Positions 27,240 through 36,242 of a DNA stretch of 64,000 nucleotides are shown here, in pieces. The notes under the pieces are model-generated. The model did not search any database. It was not told the DNA's origin and worked only from the letters and a program-made list of their open reading frames with translations. The translations under genes and the position numbers were made by a program. The stretch comes from Fidelibacterota bacterium (lineage in GTDB: Bacteria; Fidelibacterota; Marinisomatia; Marinisomatales; UBA1611), in assembly GCA_018649625.1 (NCBI GenBank), contig JABIHN010000018.1:4106-68105 (forward strand). The letters run 5' to 3'. Position 1 is the stretch's first letter. Every line of letters begins with the position of its first letter.

Positions 27240-28739
27240 ATGAAATATTTTTTATTATTTTTAGGATTAATAAGTCAATTTATTTTGGCGAATGAATTTT
27301 CACAAAGCACTTTAGTATCCACAGAGCTTACGGCATATAATTATTATCCGGATATTGAAGTTGATGAATCTGGAACTATCTATATTGTTTGGGTAAATAG
27401 CCATCAAGGTGGCGATGTACATTTTGCAATGTCCAATGATCATGGCCAAACATTCACTCATTTATCAAGGGTGAATCACGTTCTAAACCAAGCAACCACC
27501 ATTGGGTTCAGTGGACCGCAAATTGAAGTCCTAAATGATACAATTCATGTTCTTTGGACGGATCAACGTTCAGGATATTCTCACACATCGGCATATTATG
27601 CTAGATCCATAGATCAGGGGATCTCTTGGGAAGAATCTCAAATTGGGCACCCAAATGGTGTCAATTTCTATCCAGAACTTATGATAGACTCAGAAGGGAT
27701 TATTCATGCATCATTTCATTATTATCAATCTGGATCATTTGATTATCATCATATCGCACATACATTTTCTTCTGATGGTGGGGAAACATGGTCAGAATAT
27801 TCGAATGTTAGCGATTATGAAATCGGTGAACCTTGTGATTGTTGCCCGATTGAACTACATGAGTTGCCTAATGGGAAAATTATTCATGGCTTCAGAAATA
27901 ATAATGAAAATATTCGGGATATGTTTTCCACTGAATGGAAATCTGAAGATTCAACTTGGATTAATTTAGCGCCCTTATCTTATGATAACTATTTTGTGGA
28001 TTTTTGTCCATCTAGTGGGCCAAGCATGGTTAGTTTAGATTCTACAGTTGCCATGGCATATATGGCCGGGCTGAATGGAGATACGAGAGTTTTTTTATCA
28101 TTATCTGATGATTTAGGTGACACTTTTTCTGTGAATATTCCATTAGAAATCTCAGGACAAACAGATATTAATCAAAATCACCCTTCTGCTGTAATCACGG
28201 ATAATGGTGATATCCATATGATTTGGGAAGATAGTAGAAATGGAGGAAATATTTTATATGGAAAACTTGAATTCGGACAAACACTTTTTTCTGATTTTTC
28301 AACAGTGAATGATTCCGCCACAACATTTCCAGAGATTGCACCAAAACTGGCTCGGGATTCTGAAGGGTTTTTATATGCCGTTTGGGTCGATAGACGATAT
28401 GGGCGTCAGATCCATTTTTCAACAACATATCCAGTGCCTTTATCCAATCAGCATAAAATAATTCCGGACTTATTTACATTATTTGAACCTTATCCCAATC
28501 CCTTTAATCCAAGGACTACAATTCAGTTTTCAATTCAATCAGAAATATCACATGCATTTGCATTACTTCAAGTATTGGATATAAACGGTCGAATTGTTGA
28601 AACATTAGTCAATGAGAAAAAAGAAAAAGGTATACATAAAATTCAGTGGAATGCTTCTGACTATTCAAGTGGTGTATATTTTATTTCTTTAAAAATTCAT
28701 GAAAATGTAAAAACTGTAAAAACTATTTTATTGAAATAA
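27240..28739 (+). CDS. Secreted BNR/Asp-box (sialidase-fold beta-propeller) protein with T9SS C-terminal sorting domain
   Basis: Signal peptide. Four Asp-boxes: SNDHGQTF, SIDQGISW, SSDGGETW and SDDLGDTF. C-terminus PYPNPFNPRTTIQF...SGVYFISL...VKTILLK. Confidence 0.8.
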   Translation: MKYFLLFLGLISQFILANEFSQSTLVSTELTAYNYYPDIEVDESGTIYIVWVNSHQGGDVHFAMSNDHGQTFTHLSRVNHVLNQATTIGFSGPQIEVLNDTIHVLWTDQRSGYSHTSAYYARSIDQGISWEESQIGHPNGVNFYPELMIDSEGIIHASFHYYQSGSFDYHHIAHTFSSDGGETWSEYSNVSDYEIGEPCDCCPIELHELPNGKIIHGFRNNNENIRDMFSTEWKSEDSTWINLAPLSYDNYFVDFCPSSGPSMVSLDSTVAMAYMAGLNGDTRVFLSLSDDLGDTFSVNIPLEISGQTDINQNHPSAVITDNGDIHMIWEDSRNGGNILYGKLEFGQTLFSDFSTVNDSATTFPEIAPKLARDSEGFLYAVWVDRRYGRQIHFSTTYPVPLSNQHKIIPDLFTLFEPYPNPFNPRTTIQFSIQSEISHAFALLQVLDINGRIVETLVNEKKEKGIHKIQWNASDYSSGVYFISLKIHENVKTVKTILLK

Positions 28740-28813
28740 GGTATTTATGGTCGTTGATTGATGTTGAAACTAGTTTTAACTTTATGGCTAACTTATTTTA
28801 ATCGGAGAACAAT

Positions 28814-29491
28814 ATGAATCGTTTAATAATTGGTGTCCTTCTTTCTTTTACTGTAATTATTTCAGTAACAGCATTGAATTATTCACCTGATATTAACTCA
28901 GGGAGCTCTAGCTGCAAAAGTACATCGTTATGTGAAAAGTCCGGACCATCTTGTGAGAAGAAAAAATCATGCGATAGTCAAAGATTTAACAAAAATTGTA
29001 ATAAAAGTGATAAAAGTTCCTGTGCATCCAAAAAGAAAAAGTGCTCAACTTCAGATGCTAAATATGACAAATACAAACATTGCGAAACAAGTAAGACTCA
29101 ATGTGATTCTAAAAAGAAAAAATGTTCAACTTCAAATGCTAAATGTGGCAAAGATAAACAGTGCGACACGAGTAAGACTCAATGTGACTCTAAAAAGAAA
29201 AAGTGCTCAACTTCAGATGCTAAGTGTGACAAAAACAAACATTGCGATACGAATAAAACGCAATTTGCATCTAAAAAGAAAGAATGTTCTAAAAGTGAGA
29301 AAACATTTGAATGTAAAAGCGTGAAAAAATCATGTGCTCTAGATTGTACAAAACCATGTTGCGCAAAAAAAGTGACAAGTAGCACATGCAAACCCGATTG
29401 TACCAAACCATGTTGTGCAAAAAAAGTGACAAGTAGCACATGCAAACCGAATTGTACGAAACCTTGTTGTGCAGGTAAATCAGTACACTAA
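28814..29491 (+). CDS. Exported Cys/Lys-rich tandem-repeat protein (possible metal-binding or disulfide-rich surface protein)
   Basis: RBS GGAGA 5 nt before the ATG. Signal/anchor MNRLIIGVLLSFTVIISVTA. The remaining ~200 aa consist almost only of C, K, S, T and D, with about 30 Cys mostly spaced C-x5-6-C. The C-terminus is CTKPCCAKKVTSSTCKP x2.4. A strong terminator follows. Confidence 0.7.
   Translation: MNRLIIGVLLSFTVIISVTALNYSPDINSGSSSCKSTSLCEKSGPSCEKKKSCDSQRFNKNCNKSDKSSCASKKKKCSTSDAKYDKYKHCETSKTQCDSKKKKCSTSNAKCGKDKQCDTSKTQCDSKKKKCSTSDAKCDKNKHCDTNKTQFASKKKECSKSEKTFECKSVKKSCALDCTKPCCAKKVTSSTCKPDCTKPCCAKKVTSSTCKPNCTKPCCAGKSVH
29030..29290 (+). repeat. In-frame tandem repeat, 81-bp unit x3.2 (27-aa unit KKKKCSTSDAKCDK.KHCDTSKTQCDS)
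   Basis: Units start at 29030, 29111, 29192 and 29273 (the last partial). Copies differ by scattered substitutions. Confidence 0.9.
29342..29473 (+). repeat. In-frame tandem repeat, 54-bp unit x2.4 (18-aa unit DCTKPCCAKKVTSSTCKP)
   Basis: Units start at 29342, 29396 and 29450 (the last partial). The first two copies are nearly identical. Confidence 0.9.
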
Positions 29492-29530
29492 AATTTATGC
29501 GTTTCAATACGCTTACTAATTTTATCATTA

Positions 29531-29558
29531 CACCCAGAATATTTCTGGGTGTTTTGTT
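29531..29558 (+). terminator. Rho-independent terminator of the Cys-rich gene
   Basis: CACCCAGAA-tat-TTCTGGGTG followed by TTTTGTT. Confidence 0.75.
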
Positions 29559-29796
29559 ATTTCAACCTGTTACTAAATTAATACCAGTTTATACGAATTC
29601 TATCGTAGCGTGTAATGAAGAGACTGATGACTTTATTTACAAAAGATAATCTAAATCAGGCTTTACCAATTTTTTGTGATGTGTTTGAGTGAGAACCAAA
29701 TTTACAAAAACTAATACCAAGATTAGTGGATGTTGGATTATTATTGAATGATCCCAAACTCACTGAAATTATAATGAACAACTATTAAGGAAATTT

Positions 29797-31173
29797 ATGA
29801 AAAATATTATTATTTTATCATTTTTTATTCTCCAAGTCGGATTATTGAAATCTGAACCAGGCCAATTGATTGAATACAATCTTCAGTCCAACATGTCACA
29901 AGAAGATATTACATTAGTTTTATGGATGGCAGGTATAAACGCTGAAGCAAATTATAGCATTTCAATATATGATATTAAATACGAAACAGAAGGAGAAGGT
30001 GGGTATATTGATACCTTAGCAGGCTTAGTCGTATTCCCACAATCACCATCTGAAGCATTTCCAATTTTAACCTATCACCACGGAACGGCTGTGAATGACG
30101 CAAATGCTCCATCGCTACTCGGGCTGTCAGTAGATAATCAAGAAATTTTATTCATTTCTTTAATTACATCTCCAATCGGATATATTACACTTTTTCCAGA
30201 TTATGAAGGCTTGGGTGATCCTAATACATTTCATCCCTATATTATTGGAAAATCTTATGCTCATTCAACAGTAAATATGATTCGTGCTGTCAAAGAATTA
30301 TCTTGGGAATTAGAGTTAGCAAATTCGTTCCAGTTTAATGATCAACTCCATCTACTTGGATATTCTGAAGGTGGATATGCTACATTAGCTGCACAGCGCG
30401 AAATTGAATTATATTATAGTGACGAATTATCGATTACTACATCAAGCCCCATGGCAGGACCATATGATTTAGGAGGAACTATGGTTGATTATTTATTATC
30501 ATCGCCTGGCTATGCGCAACCATATTATATCCCTTATATCATGATAAGTCATTTATGGTATTATGAAGGTTTAGATGTTGGTCTAGATGTTTATTTCGAC
30601 CCTTTTTATGCGGATACTTTAGGATCTATGTTTGATGGAACCCATTCAGGAAGTGAAATTAACTCACTACTTCCAGATGATCCGTTAGATATTTTGCTTC
30701 CTGAAGTTTTAACAGAATTCTCCAATAATGAAAATCACTTTTTTAGAGTGTCTATGGAAGAAAACACCTTATTGGATTGGACTCCGCAAAGCCCAACATT
30801 TTTCTACCATGGTATGGGAGACGATATTGTTCCCTATGAGAATGCTCAAGTTGCGTATGATACTTTTGTTGCGAATGGTGCTCCCAATATTTCATTAACG
30901 CTTTTTCCTGAGTCAGCTGGAGGCCATGGTGCTGTAGCGGCAACTTGTTTGATTGCTGGATTTGAAGTTATTTCAGATTATCATGCTATTAGTCCAAAAG
31001 GCGATTTGAATAGTGATAGTTTTATTACCAGTGAAGATTTGGATATATTATTAGAATCAATTGTATTAGAACCTAATGTATCAGAGTTTCAATGGTGGGC
31101 TGGTGATGTTGATTCAGATGGTTCACATTCAGTTTTTGATCTATTGCTTACATCTGATTCCATGGATGAATAA
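29797..31173 (+). CDS. Secreted alpha/beta-hydrolase (secretory-lipase-like) with C-terminal dockerin-type module
   Basis: Signal peptide. Nucleophile elbow LLGYSEGGYA. The C-terminus has two Ca-binding-loop repeats, GDLNSDSFITSEDLDILL and GDVDSDGSHSVFDLLL. It has no T9SS tail. Confidence 0.75.
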   Translation: MKNIIILSFFILQVGLLKSEPGQLIEYNLQSNMSQEDITLVLWMAGINAEANYSISIYDIKYETEGEGGYIDTLAGLVVFPQSPSEAFPILTYHHGTAVNDANAPSLLGLSVDNQEILFISLITSPIGYITLFPDYEGLGDPNTFHPYIIGKSYAHSTVNMIRAVKELSWELELANSFQFNDQLHLLGYSEGGYATLAAQREIELYYSDELSITTSSPMAGPYDLGGTMVDYLLSSPGYAQPYYIPYIMISHLWYYEGLDVGLDVYFDPFYADTLGSMFDGTHSGSEINSLLPDDPLDILLPEVLTEFSNNENHFFRVSMEENTLLDWTPQSPTFFYHGMGDDIVPYENAQVAYDTFVANGAPNISLTLFPESAGGHGAVAATCLIAGFEVISDYHAISPKGDLNSDSFITSEDLDILLESIVLEPNVSEFQWWAGDVDSDGSHSVFDLLLTSDSMDE

Positions 31174-31441
31174 AAAGATACTGACACGCCATCCACAAAA
31201 GAAAAAAGGCATTCGTATTGATCAACAGAAATACGATGTGATTCGCGGAGCAATCCTTAAATCAATAAATGATAAACCGCTTTCATTTTCGAATATTACA
31301 AAAGAGTTAAAAAACCAATTGCAGACATCCTTTGATGGATCGATAAACTGGTACACTGTGGTGGTTAAATTAGATTTGGAATCGAGAGGTGAGATTTATC
31401 GTATTATGGGCCGTCCAGATAAATATTCAATTTCATCATAA
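31166..31441 (+). CDS. Small conserved hypothetical protein (winged-helix-like?)
   Basis: I start it at ATG 31166 (MNKKILTRHPQKKKGIRIDQQKYDVIRGAIL...), which overlaps the lipase stop. The track's longer 31076 start lies inside the lipase gene. Confidence 0.5.
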   Translation: MNKKILTRHPQKKKGIRIDQQKYDVIRGAILKSINDKPLSFSNITKELKNQLQTSFDGSINWYTVVVKLDLESRGEIYRIMGRPDKYSISS

Positions 31442-31467
31442 GTAATTAACCTTTGTAATTTCAACCC

Positions 31468-31557
31468 ATGAAAAAAATAATTTTTAAAGTAATCATTGTG
31501 GCTTTTGTCGGATACCTTCTATTTAATTATATTATTATTTGGACGACACACTTTTAA
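31468..31557 (+). CDS. 29-aa hydrophobic mini-protein
   Basis: MKKIIFKVIIVAFVGYLLFNYIIIWTTHF. Its stop overlaps the next ATG as TAATG. Confidence 0.35.
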   Translation: MKKIIFKVIIVAFVGYLLFNYIIIWTTHF

Positions 31558-31733
31558 TGGTTTCTCCCTTAAAGAAATTTGTAATGATGTTCATTTGGAT
31601 GGGCATTACTGCTTTTATAGTTATAATGTCTCATTCAATTTTTAATATTCCGGATGAAATAGCAGGCGTATTATATTTTATTTCAATTGGATTGGCTATA
31701 TCAGGCGTATTGAATTATTATCGTGATGACTAA
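31557..31733 (+). CDS. 58-aa two-TM mini-protein
   Basis: MVSPLKKFVMMFIWMGITAFIVIMSHSIFNIPDEIAGVLYFISIGLAISGVLNYYRDD. Coupled to the preceding mini-ORF by a TAATG overlap. The track lists the same frame from 31539. Confidence 0.4.
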   Translation: MVSPLKKFVMMFIWMGITAFIVIMSHSIFNIPDEIAGVLYFISIGLAISGVLNYYRDD

Positions 31734-31753
31734 GCTTTTAGATATTATTTAAA

Positions 31754-32368
31754 TTGAAAATTTCGACAGAAATATTTAGCGAATGGGCGTTAAATGGGAA
31801 AGATGAAGGCATGGAAGAAAACCATCGTGCTGCCGTATCTGAAATGTTATCTATAATTTCTAATAATCGTTCAAAACCATTTTCTTTTATTGATGCTGGC
31901 TGTGGAAATGGGTGGGTGGTTAGATTGATGAAAAAACACTCTTTATGCCATCTAGCAATTGGAATTGATGGGGCGGTGGAGATGATCAAAAAAGCTAAAA
32001 CAATTGATCCAGATGGAATCTATTTTTGTTCAGATTTATTAAAGTGGATACCAGAACAAAAGGTTGACTTAATTCATAGTATGGAAGTTTTTTATTATTT
32101 AAAACATCCAAGCGAGTTAATTCGTCATATGGCATTAAATTGTTTAAAGCCTGGGGGCGAAATGATTATGGGAGTTGATTTTTATTTAGAAAATAAAAAA
32201 AGCCATTCATGGCCAGTGGATTTGAATACACATATGTCTTTATTTAGCGAACATGATTGGGTAACAATGTTTAAAACAAATGGTTTTAATCAAGTTCAAA
32301 GCTTTCGAGTTAATGTAAATAATGAATTTCCTGGAACTTTAGTTGTCAGGGGAAAACTAAAAAATTAA
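31754..32368 (+). CDS. Class I SAM-dependent methyltransferase
   Basis: Motif I FIDAGCGNGW and post-I/II blocks. TTG start; an in-frame TAG at 31739 rules out a longer form. Confidence 0.8.
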   Translation: MKISTEIFSEWALNGKDEGMEENHRAAVSEMLSIISNNRSKPFSFIDAGCGNGWVVRLMKKHSLCHLAIGIDGAVEMIKKAKTIDPDGIYFCSDLLKWIPEQKVDLIHSMEVFYYLKHPSELIRHMALNCLKPGGEMIMGVDFYLENKKSHSWPVDLNTHMSLFSEHDWVTMFKTNGFNQVQSFRVNVNNEFPGTLVVRGKLKN

Positions 32369-32905
32369 GTGAATAACAAACAACACTTTATTGTTCATAT
32401 TAAATGTATTCAATTAGCTTTCCTTGTATGCCTATGGAATTCAAATACATTTGCTCAAGAACAAAAATCTATAAAAGCACAACCTTTAACCTTACAGCCT
32501 ACAAATAAACCTATGAAAAAAACAGATTCAGAATGGAAAAAGATCCTTACCCAAGAAGAATATAATATCCTTCGTGAAAAAGGTACAGAACGTGCATTTA
32601 CAGGGAAATTTGATAAACATTATGAAAATGGTGATTATGTTTGTGCCGGATGTGGAGAAATCTTATACTCTTCAAAGACTAAGTACAATTCTGGGTGTGG
32701 TTGGCCGGCGTTCAGTGCAGGAATGGAAGGTAAAATAGATGAATCAATTGATACTTCGTTTGGAAGAATTCGTACTGAAATAACTTGTTCAAATTGTGGC
32801 GGACATTTAGGTCATGTTTTTAATGACGGTCCAGCACCAGCTGGGATACGCCATTGTGTGAATTCCGCTTCGTTGAAATTTCATACGAAAGAAACTAAAG
32901 AATGA
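32369..32905 (+). CDS. msrB: Peptide-methionine (R)-S-oxide reductase MsrB, possibly exported
   Basis: Zinc CxxC pairs CAGCG and CSNCGG, GWPAF, and catalytic RHCVNS. The GTG start gives a signal-like N-terminus ([15 protein letters not shown]). An internal ATG ([10 protein letters not shown]) would give a cytoplasmic form. Confidence 0.9.
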   Translation: MNNKQHFIVHIKCIQLAFLVCLWNSNTFAQEQKSIKAQPLTLQPTNKPMKKTDSEWKKILTQEEYNILREKGTERAFTGKFDKHYENGDYVCAGCGEILYSSKTKYNSGCGWPAFSAGMEGKIDESIDTSFGRIRTEITCSNCGGHLGHVFNDGPAPAGIRHCVNSASLKFHTKETKE

Positions 32906-32972
32906 ACAGGTGATGAAGTAATCGGTTTAAAATTAATGTACTTTTTATTGAAATAGATCTATAGCTGTAATT

Positions 32973-34499
32973 TTATTTTAATAGAGTGATTTTTTGGTTT
33001 AATAAAGATCCAATAGCGTCTATTTGAATTATATAAGTGCCCGAAGCTAATTGGGTACCATTTAATATAAATTTATTTTTCCCAGCATTTTTAATACCCA
33101 ATCGAAATGTTTTAATTTTTCTACCTCGTAGATCTAATATTCGAATTGTTACGTTCCCATTTTTTGGTAAAGTATAAGAAAGAATTGTAGTGGGGTTAAA
33201 TGGATTTGGAAAAGCGGGCTCCATGGTAAAGTTTGCTGGAATTGGTGTCTGCTTAATTGATAAAGGTGTTTGAATAAATGGTATTGATTCAAATTCTTGT
33301 CCAAAAACAGTATTGGCAATATTTTGATCTAAACCAAACCAATCTGTGATAATTGATGAATATAATTGACGGAAATCATGTTGAATAAAAAGATTGTTAT
33401 TTTGATCTAGAGAAGATAGAGATGGTTGTTCACCAAATAAATCTGGTACAAGGTGATTTCCAAAAACCATAGTCGGCGCTGCTGTTCCATGATCAGTTCC
33501 CGTAGATCCATTCTCAAAATATCGGCGTCCAAATTCACTGGTCGTTACAATCATGACTTTATCCATTAATCCTTGATTCTCTAAATCTTGCATAAAAGCT
33601 GAGATCGAATTATTCAAATCAGAGAGTAAATTATTGTGAGTGTTTCCCTGATCTACATGTGTATCGTAACCTGATTGATAAATTCGATAAATAGGTGTTT
33701 GTAATCCACCCGAAATCATTTGTGCAGTTAAAGCCATTTGATATCCGAGATTGGTTTCTGGATACTCTATAGAATTTGAGCCCCCAGCTGCAGTTTCATT
33801 AATAACTTCAGCATATTCAAAAGAAAGCAAATCAACTTCTCGAATAAAATCTAATTCCAACCCACCATAAGTATCTAAAGCTGGGTCATTTTCGCCAGGT
33901 ATATAATTACCATTAATAAGATAATACATCGTTTCAGGATCAAAGACCATCATTCCTGTATTTGACTCAGATGTTTTAAATTCTAACAAATTTGCACTGT
34001 TAAATTGAATTGCCAATGGATGGTCTGGTGCATTAGATGGAAAATCAGGATATTCCTGCTCTAGGAGACGACCAATCCAACCTGTTTGCAAATATTCATT
34101 TGCGTCAGAACCAGTTACCCAAATATCTGAAGATCGAAAGTGTGATAAATTAGGCTGATGGTAACCTACACCATGAATTAAACTCATTTGTTCATTTTGA
34201 AATAAGGAATGAAAAGCAGAAAGACTTGGGTGAAATCCGTTATAGTCATCAATTCCTAAGGCTTGATTTTGTGAAATTGCGAGGGTGGGTCTTGCATTAT
34301 AATAGATATCATTTTGGACAGGAATAATTGTATTTAAACCATCATTTCCACCATTCAATTTGATTAAAACTACAATTCTATCAGATTCCCATTCGACACT
34401 TCGGCCCAATTTGTTTTTCCGGCCCAATGCCATAATTGGAATTTGTGTACCAAAAGCAGATAAAGCAAAAGCAGACTTAATAAATTCACGACGTTTCAT
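32973..34499 (-). CDS. DUF1501-family (sulfatase/alkaline-phosphatase-fold) protein with twin-arginine signal and T9SS C-terminal domain, copy B
   Basis: MKRREFIKSAFALSAFG Tat motif. Family blocks LNGGNDGLNTII, LSHFRSSDIW, VTTSEFGRR and GTDHGT. C-terminus FPNPFNPTTILSY...GTYIIQI...KITLLK. Confidence 0.85.
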   Translation of the reverse strand: MKRREFIKSAFALSAFGTQIPIMALGRKNKLGRSVEWESDRIVVLIKLNGGNDGLNTIIPVQNDIYYNARPTLAISQNQALGIDDYNGFHPSLSAFHSLFQNEQMSLIHGVGYHQPNLSHFRSSDIWVTGSDANEYLQTGWIGRLLEQEYPDFPSNAPDHPLAIQFNSANLLEFKTSESNTGMMVFDPETMYYLINGNYIPGENDPALDTYGGLELDFIREVDLLSFEYAEVINETAAGGSNSIEYPETNLGYQMALTAQMISGGLQTPIYRIYQSGYDTHVDQGNTHNNLLSDLNNSISAFMQDLENQGLMDKVMIVTTSEFGRRYFENGSTGTDHGTAAPTMVFGNHLVPDLFGEQPSLSSLDQNNNLFIQHDFRQLYSSIITDWFGLDQNIANTVFGQEFESIPFIQTPLSIKQTPIPANFTMEPAFPNPFNPTTILSYTLPKNGNVTIRILDLRGRKIKTFRLGIKNAGKNKFILNGTQLASGTYIIQIDAIGSLLNQKITLLK

Positions 34500-36154
34500 G
34501 ATAATTGAAATTCTGGTACACGCATGATATAAATCATTAAATCTTTCATTCTATTCCATTGAGGATCATTGGGGGGTGCATTAATGGACCAATCATAGGG
34601 TTCAGCGCCATCAAGAAGAACTGCTAACATTCGCTCTTCAAGATTCTCCGAAAGAGGATTCCCAAAAAAGAGAAAACCAAGGTTTTTTACAATTTGTTCT
34701 GATGCATATCCTTCTTCATTTTGATTATACATAGATTGTGCCAAGGCACGAACATTAGTCGTCATATCAAAATTCCCCCATGGACTTTGCCCCGTGATAA
34801 GTGACGTTGCTTGGATTTTTCGAACTGGCAGTGTTATTGAATTAATCCACGATCTATATCCTGGCCAACCACTCACATCTGGCGGCTCCAAAGGAAGCAT
34901 CCCCAAAAATTCCTGTGAATGAATAAAAAAGGAGATGGAGAAATCAAAGTTTTCCATATTGCATTTTCGAATGAGTCCCTGCATTAAAGTAACCGGATTT
35001 TGTATATCTGATCCTCGAAAATTTTCATCATAAAAATGTTCTGTTGAAAAAAGGAAATAAAGGACAGTAGCGATGTTGTAATTATTATTTCTTAAAACAT
35101 TGGCCATTTCATTTACAACTGTTTCATTAACATTTTGGTAAACAAACCATTTGTAAAGTCGAGTACAAATATGGATAGCAGTGGCATCTTGTTCCATGAT
35201 AATATTTATAATGTCATCACCATTCCAATGACCGGTTTGCCCCAGAAATGTTTTAGATCCGAAATCGTGCTTATTCGTCCACCAATTCCCAGTGCCAGAG
35301 CCTTCTTCGAAATTATAATTTGTCTCCACTCCATTAGTCAAATAACCGGTGAAAGCACGAGCTGCTTCTACAATGTCATCTTGCGAATAGGTATCAACTC
35401 CCATGGTGAATAGTTCCAAAAGTTCTCGTGCAAAATTTTCATTGGGTTCTTCACGTGTACTTTGATATAAATCTAGCCAGATTATCATGGCGGGAGCAAA
35501 GGTAACTTGTCGCAGTAATTCCTTAAAATTGCCAAGTCCGTATTGTCTGAAGACAGAATTTTGTTGATACATAGCTTGCGGAAAAATGACTTTCGATTGA
35601 GCGGTTGCAAAATAATTATGCCAGAAAAGTGTTATCATTTCTTGAATGTTAACAGGATTTCGCATCATGCCTTTCATCCACCAATATCCAAGATCTTTCA
35701 TTCTTATTCGATATTGTTGAAGAAGCTCTAAAATTTCATCTTCTGTTAGAGCATCCCATTGTGGCGCATCTTCATCTACCCAATCCCCGGGTGGGTCAGG
35801 TAATGGTTGATAAGAAAGAATTGAGCTTAATTCCAATTCCATTGAATTTTCACTGCTTTCTTTTATTTCAGGATATTTAGGACCAAACATTGACCGGCTT
35901 AATAAATGTTTTGCAGCGCCCATATCCCAATTTACTTCTTGCAAGGATTCGGTATTGTTGGTACCTGGAATTACGGGTGCTATTTCATCTGTTTTCGGTG
36001 GGTGATAAATGGGCGGTTGTTTCTCTAAATGTTCACGAACGAACTTGGCTACTCGCTTAGTGGGCCAACTTGGGTTAAGCCTATCTAGATCGGGACGAGC
36101 ATCAGAATGATTTCCTGTTAAAAAGTTACGTCGAGATATTGAAGGTAAAGGCAT
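34496..36154 (-). CDS. DUF1800-family protein, copy B
   Basis: 552 aa. HLLSRSMFGP, TLFWHNYFAT, NENFARELLELFTMGV and EPPDVSGWPGY. Its stop overlaps the DUF1501 start as ATGA. Confidence 0.85.
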   Translation of the reverse strand: MPLPSISRRNFLTGNHSDARPDLDRLNPSWPTKRVAKFVREHLEKQPPIYHPPKTDEIAPVIPGTNNTESLQEVNWDMGAAKHLLSRSMFGPKYPEIKESSENSMELELSSILSYQPLPDPPGDWVDEDAPQWDALTEDEILELLQQYRIRMKDLGYWWMKGMMRNPVNIQEMITLFWHNYFATAQSKVIFPQAMYQQNSVFRQYGLGNFKELLRQVTFAPAMIIWLDLYQSTREEPNENFARELLELFTMGVDTYSQDDIVEAARAFTGYLTNGVETNYNFEEGSGTGNWWTNKHDFGSKTFLGQTGHWNGDDIINIIMEQDATAIHICTRLYKWFVYQNVNETVVNEMANVLRNNNYNIATVLYFLFSTEHFYDENFRGSDIQNPVTLMQGLIRKCNMENFDFSISFFIHSQEFLGMLPLEPPDVSGWPGYRSWINSITLPVRKIQATSLITGQSPWGNFDMTTNVRALAQSMYNQNEEGYASEQIVKNLGFLFFGNPLSENLEERMLAVLLDGAEPYDWSINAPPNDPQWNRMKDLMIYIMRVPEFQLS

Positions 36155-36242
36155 TTTTAAGAATTATCTATTGTACAGTTATATTAACTGACCCACATTA
36201 CCTTAATAAGTTAAATAGTGAAAGACATTTAATTTCATAAAA

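Noticed and set aside
29030-29473. Tandem repeats considered as a CRISPR array or minisatellite.
   Set aside because: The units are contiguous with no spacers. They are in frame and lie inside an ORF that has a signal peptide, an RBS and a terminator, so they are coding repeats.
28932-29528. Alternative long ORFs across the repeat region (28932..29324 on +, 29179..29445 on -, 29289..29528 on -).
   Set aside because: Repeats with few stop codons open several frames at once. Only the 28814 frame has an RBS, a signal peptide and a terminator in the right places.
29615-29788. 57-codon frame interrupted by a single TGA (29690-29692) in the spacer before the lipase gene (MKRLMTLFTKDNLNQALPIFCDVFE-TGA-EPNLQKLIPRLVDVGLLLNDPKLTEIIMNNY).
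   Set aside because: No SECIS-like hairpin, no known selenoprotein motif and no RBS. Open stretches of about 30 codons occur by chance even in AT-rich DNA. At most it is a gene remnant.
31076-31165. ATG 31076 as the start of the 121-aa ORF.
   Set aside because: The first 30 codons lie inside the lipase gene in another frame and are hydrophobic nonsense. ATG 31166 gives a compact, polar N-terminus.
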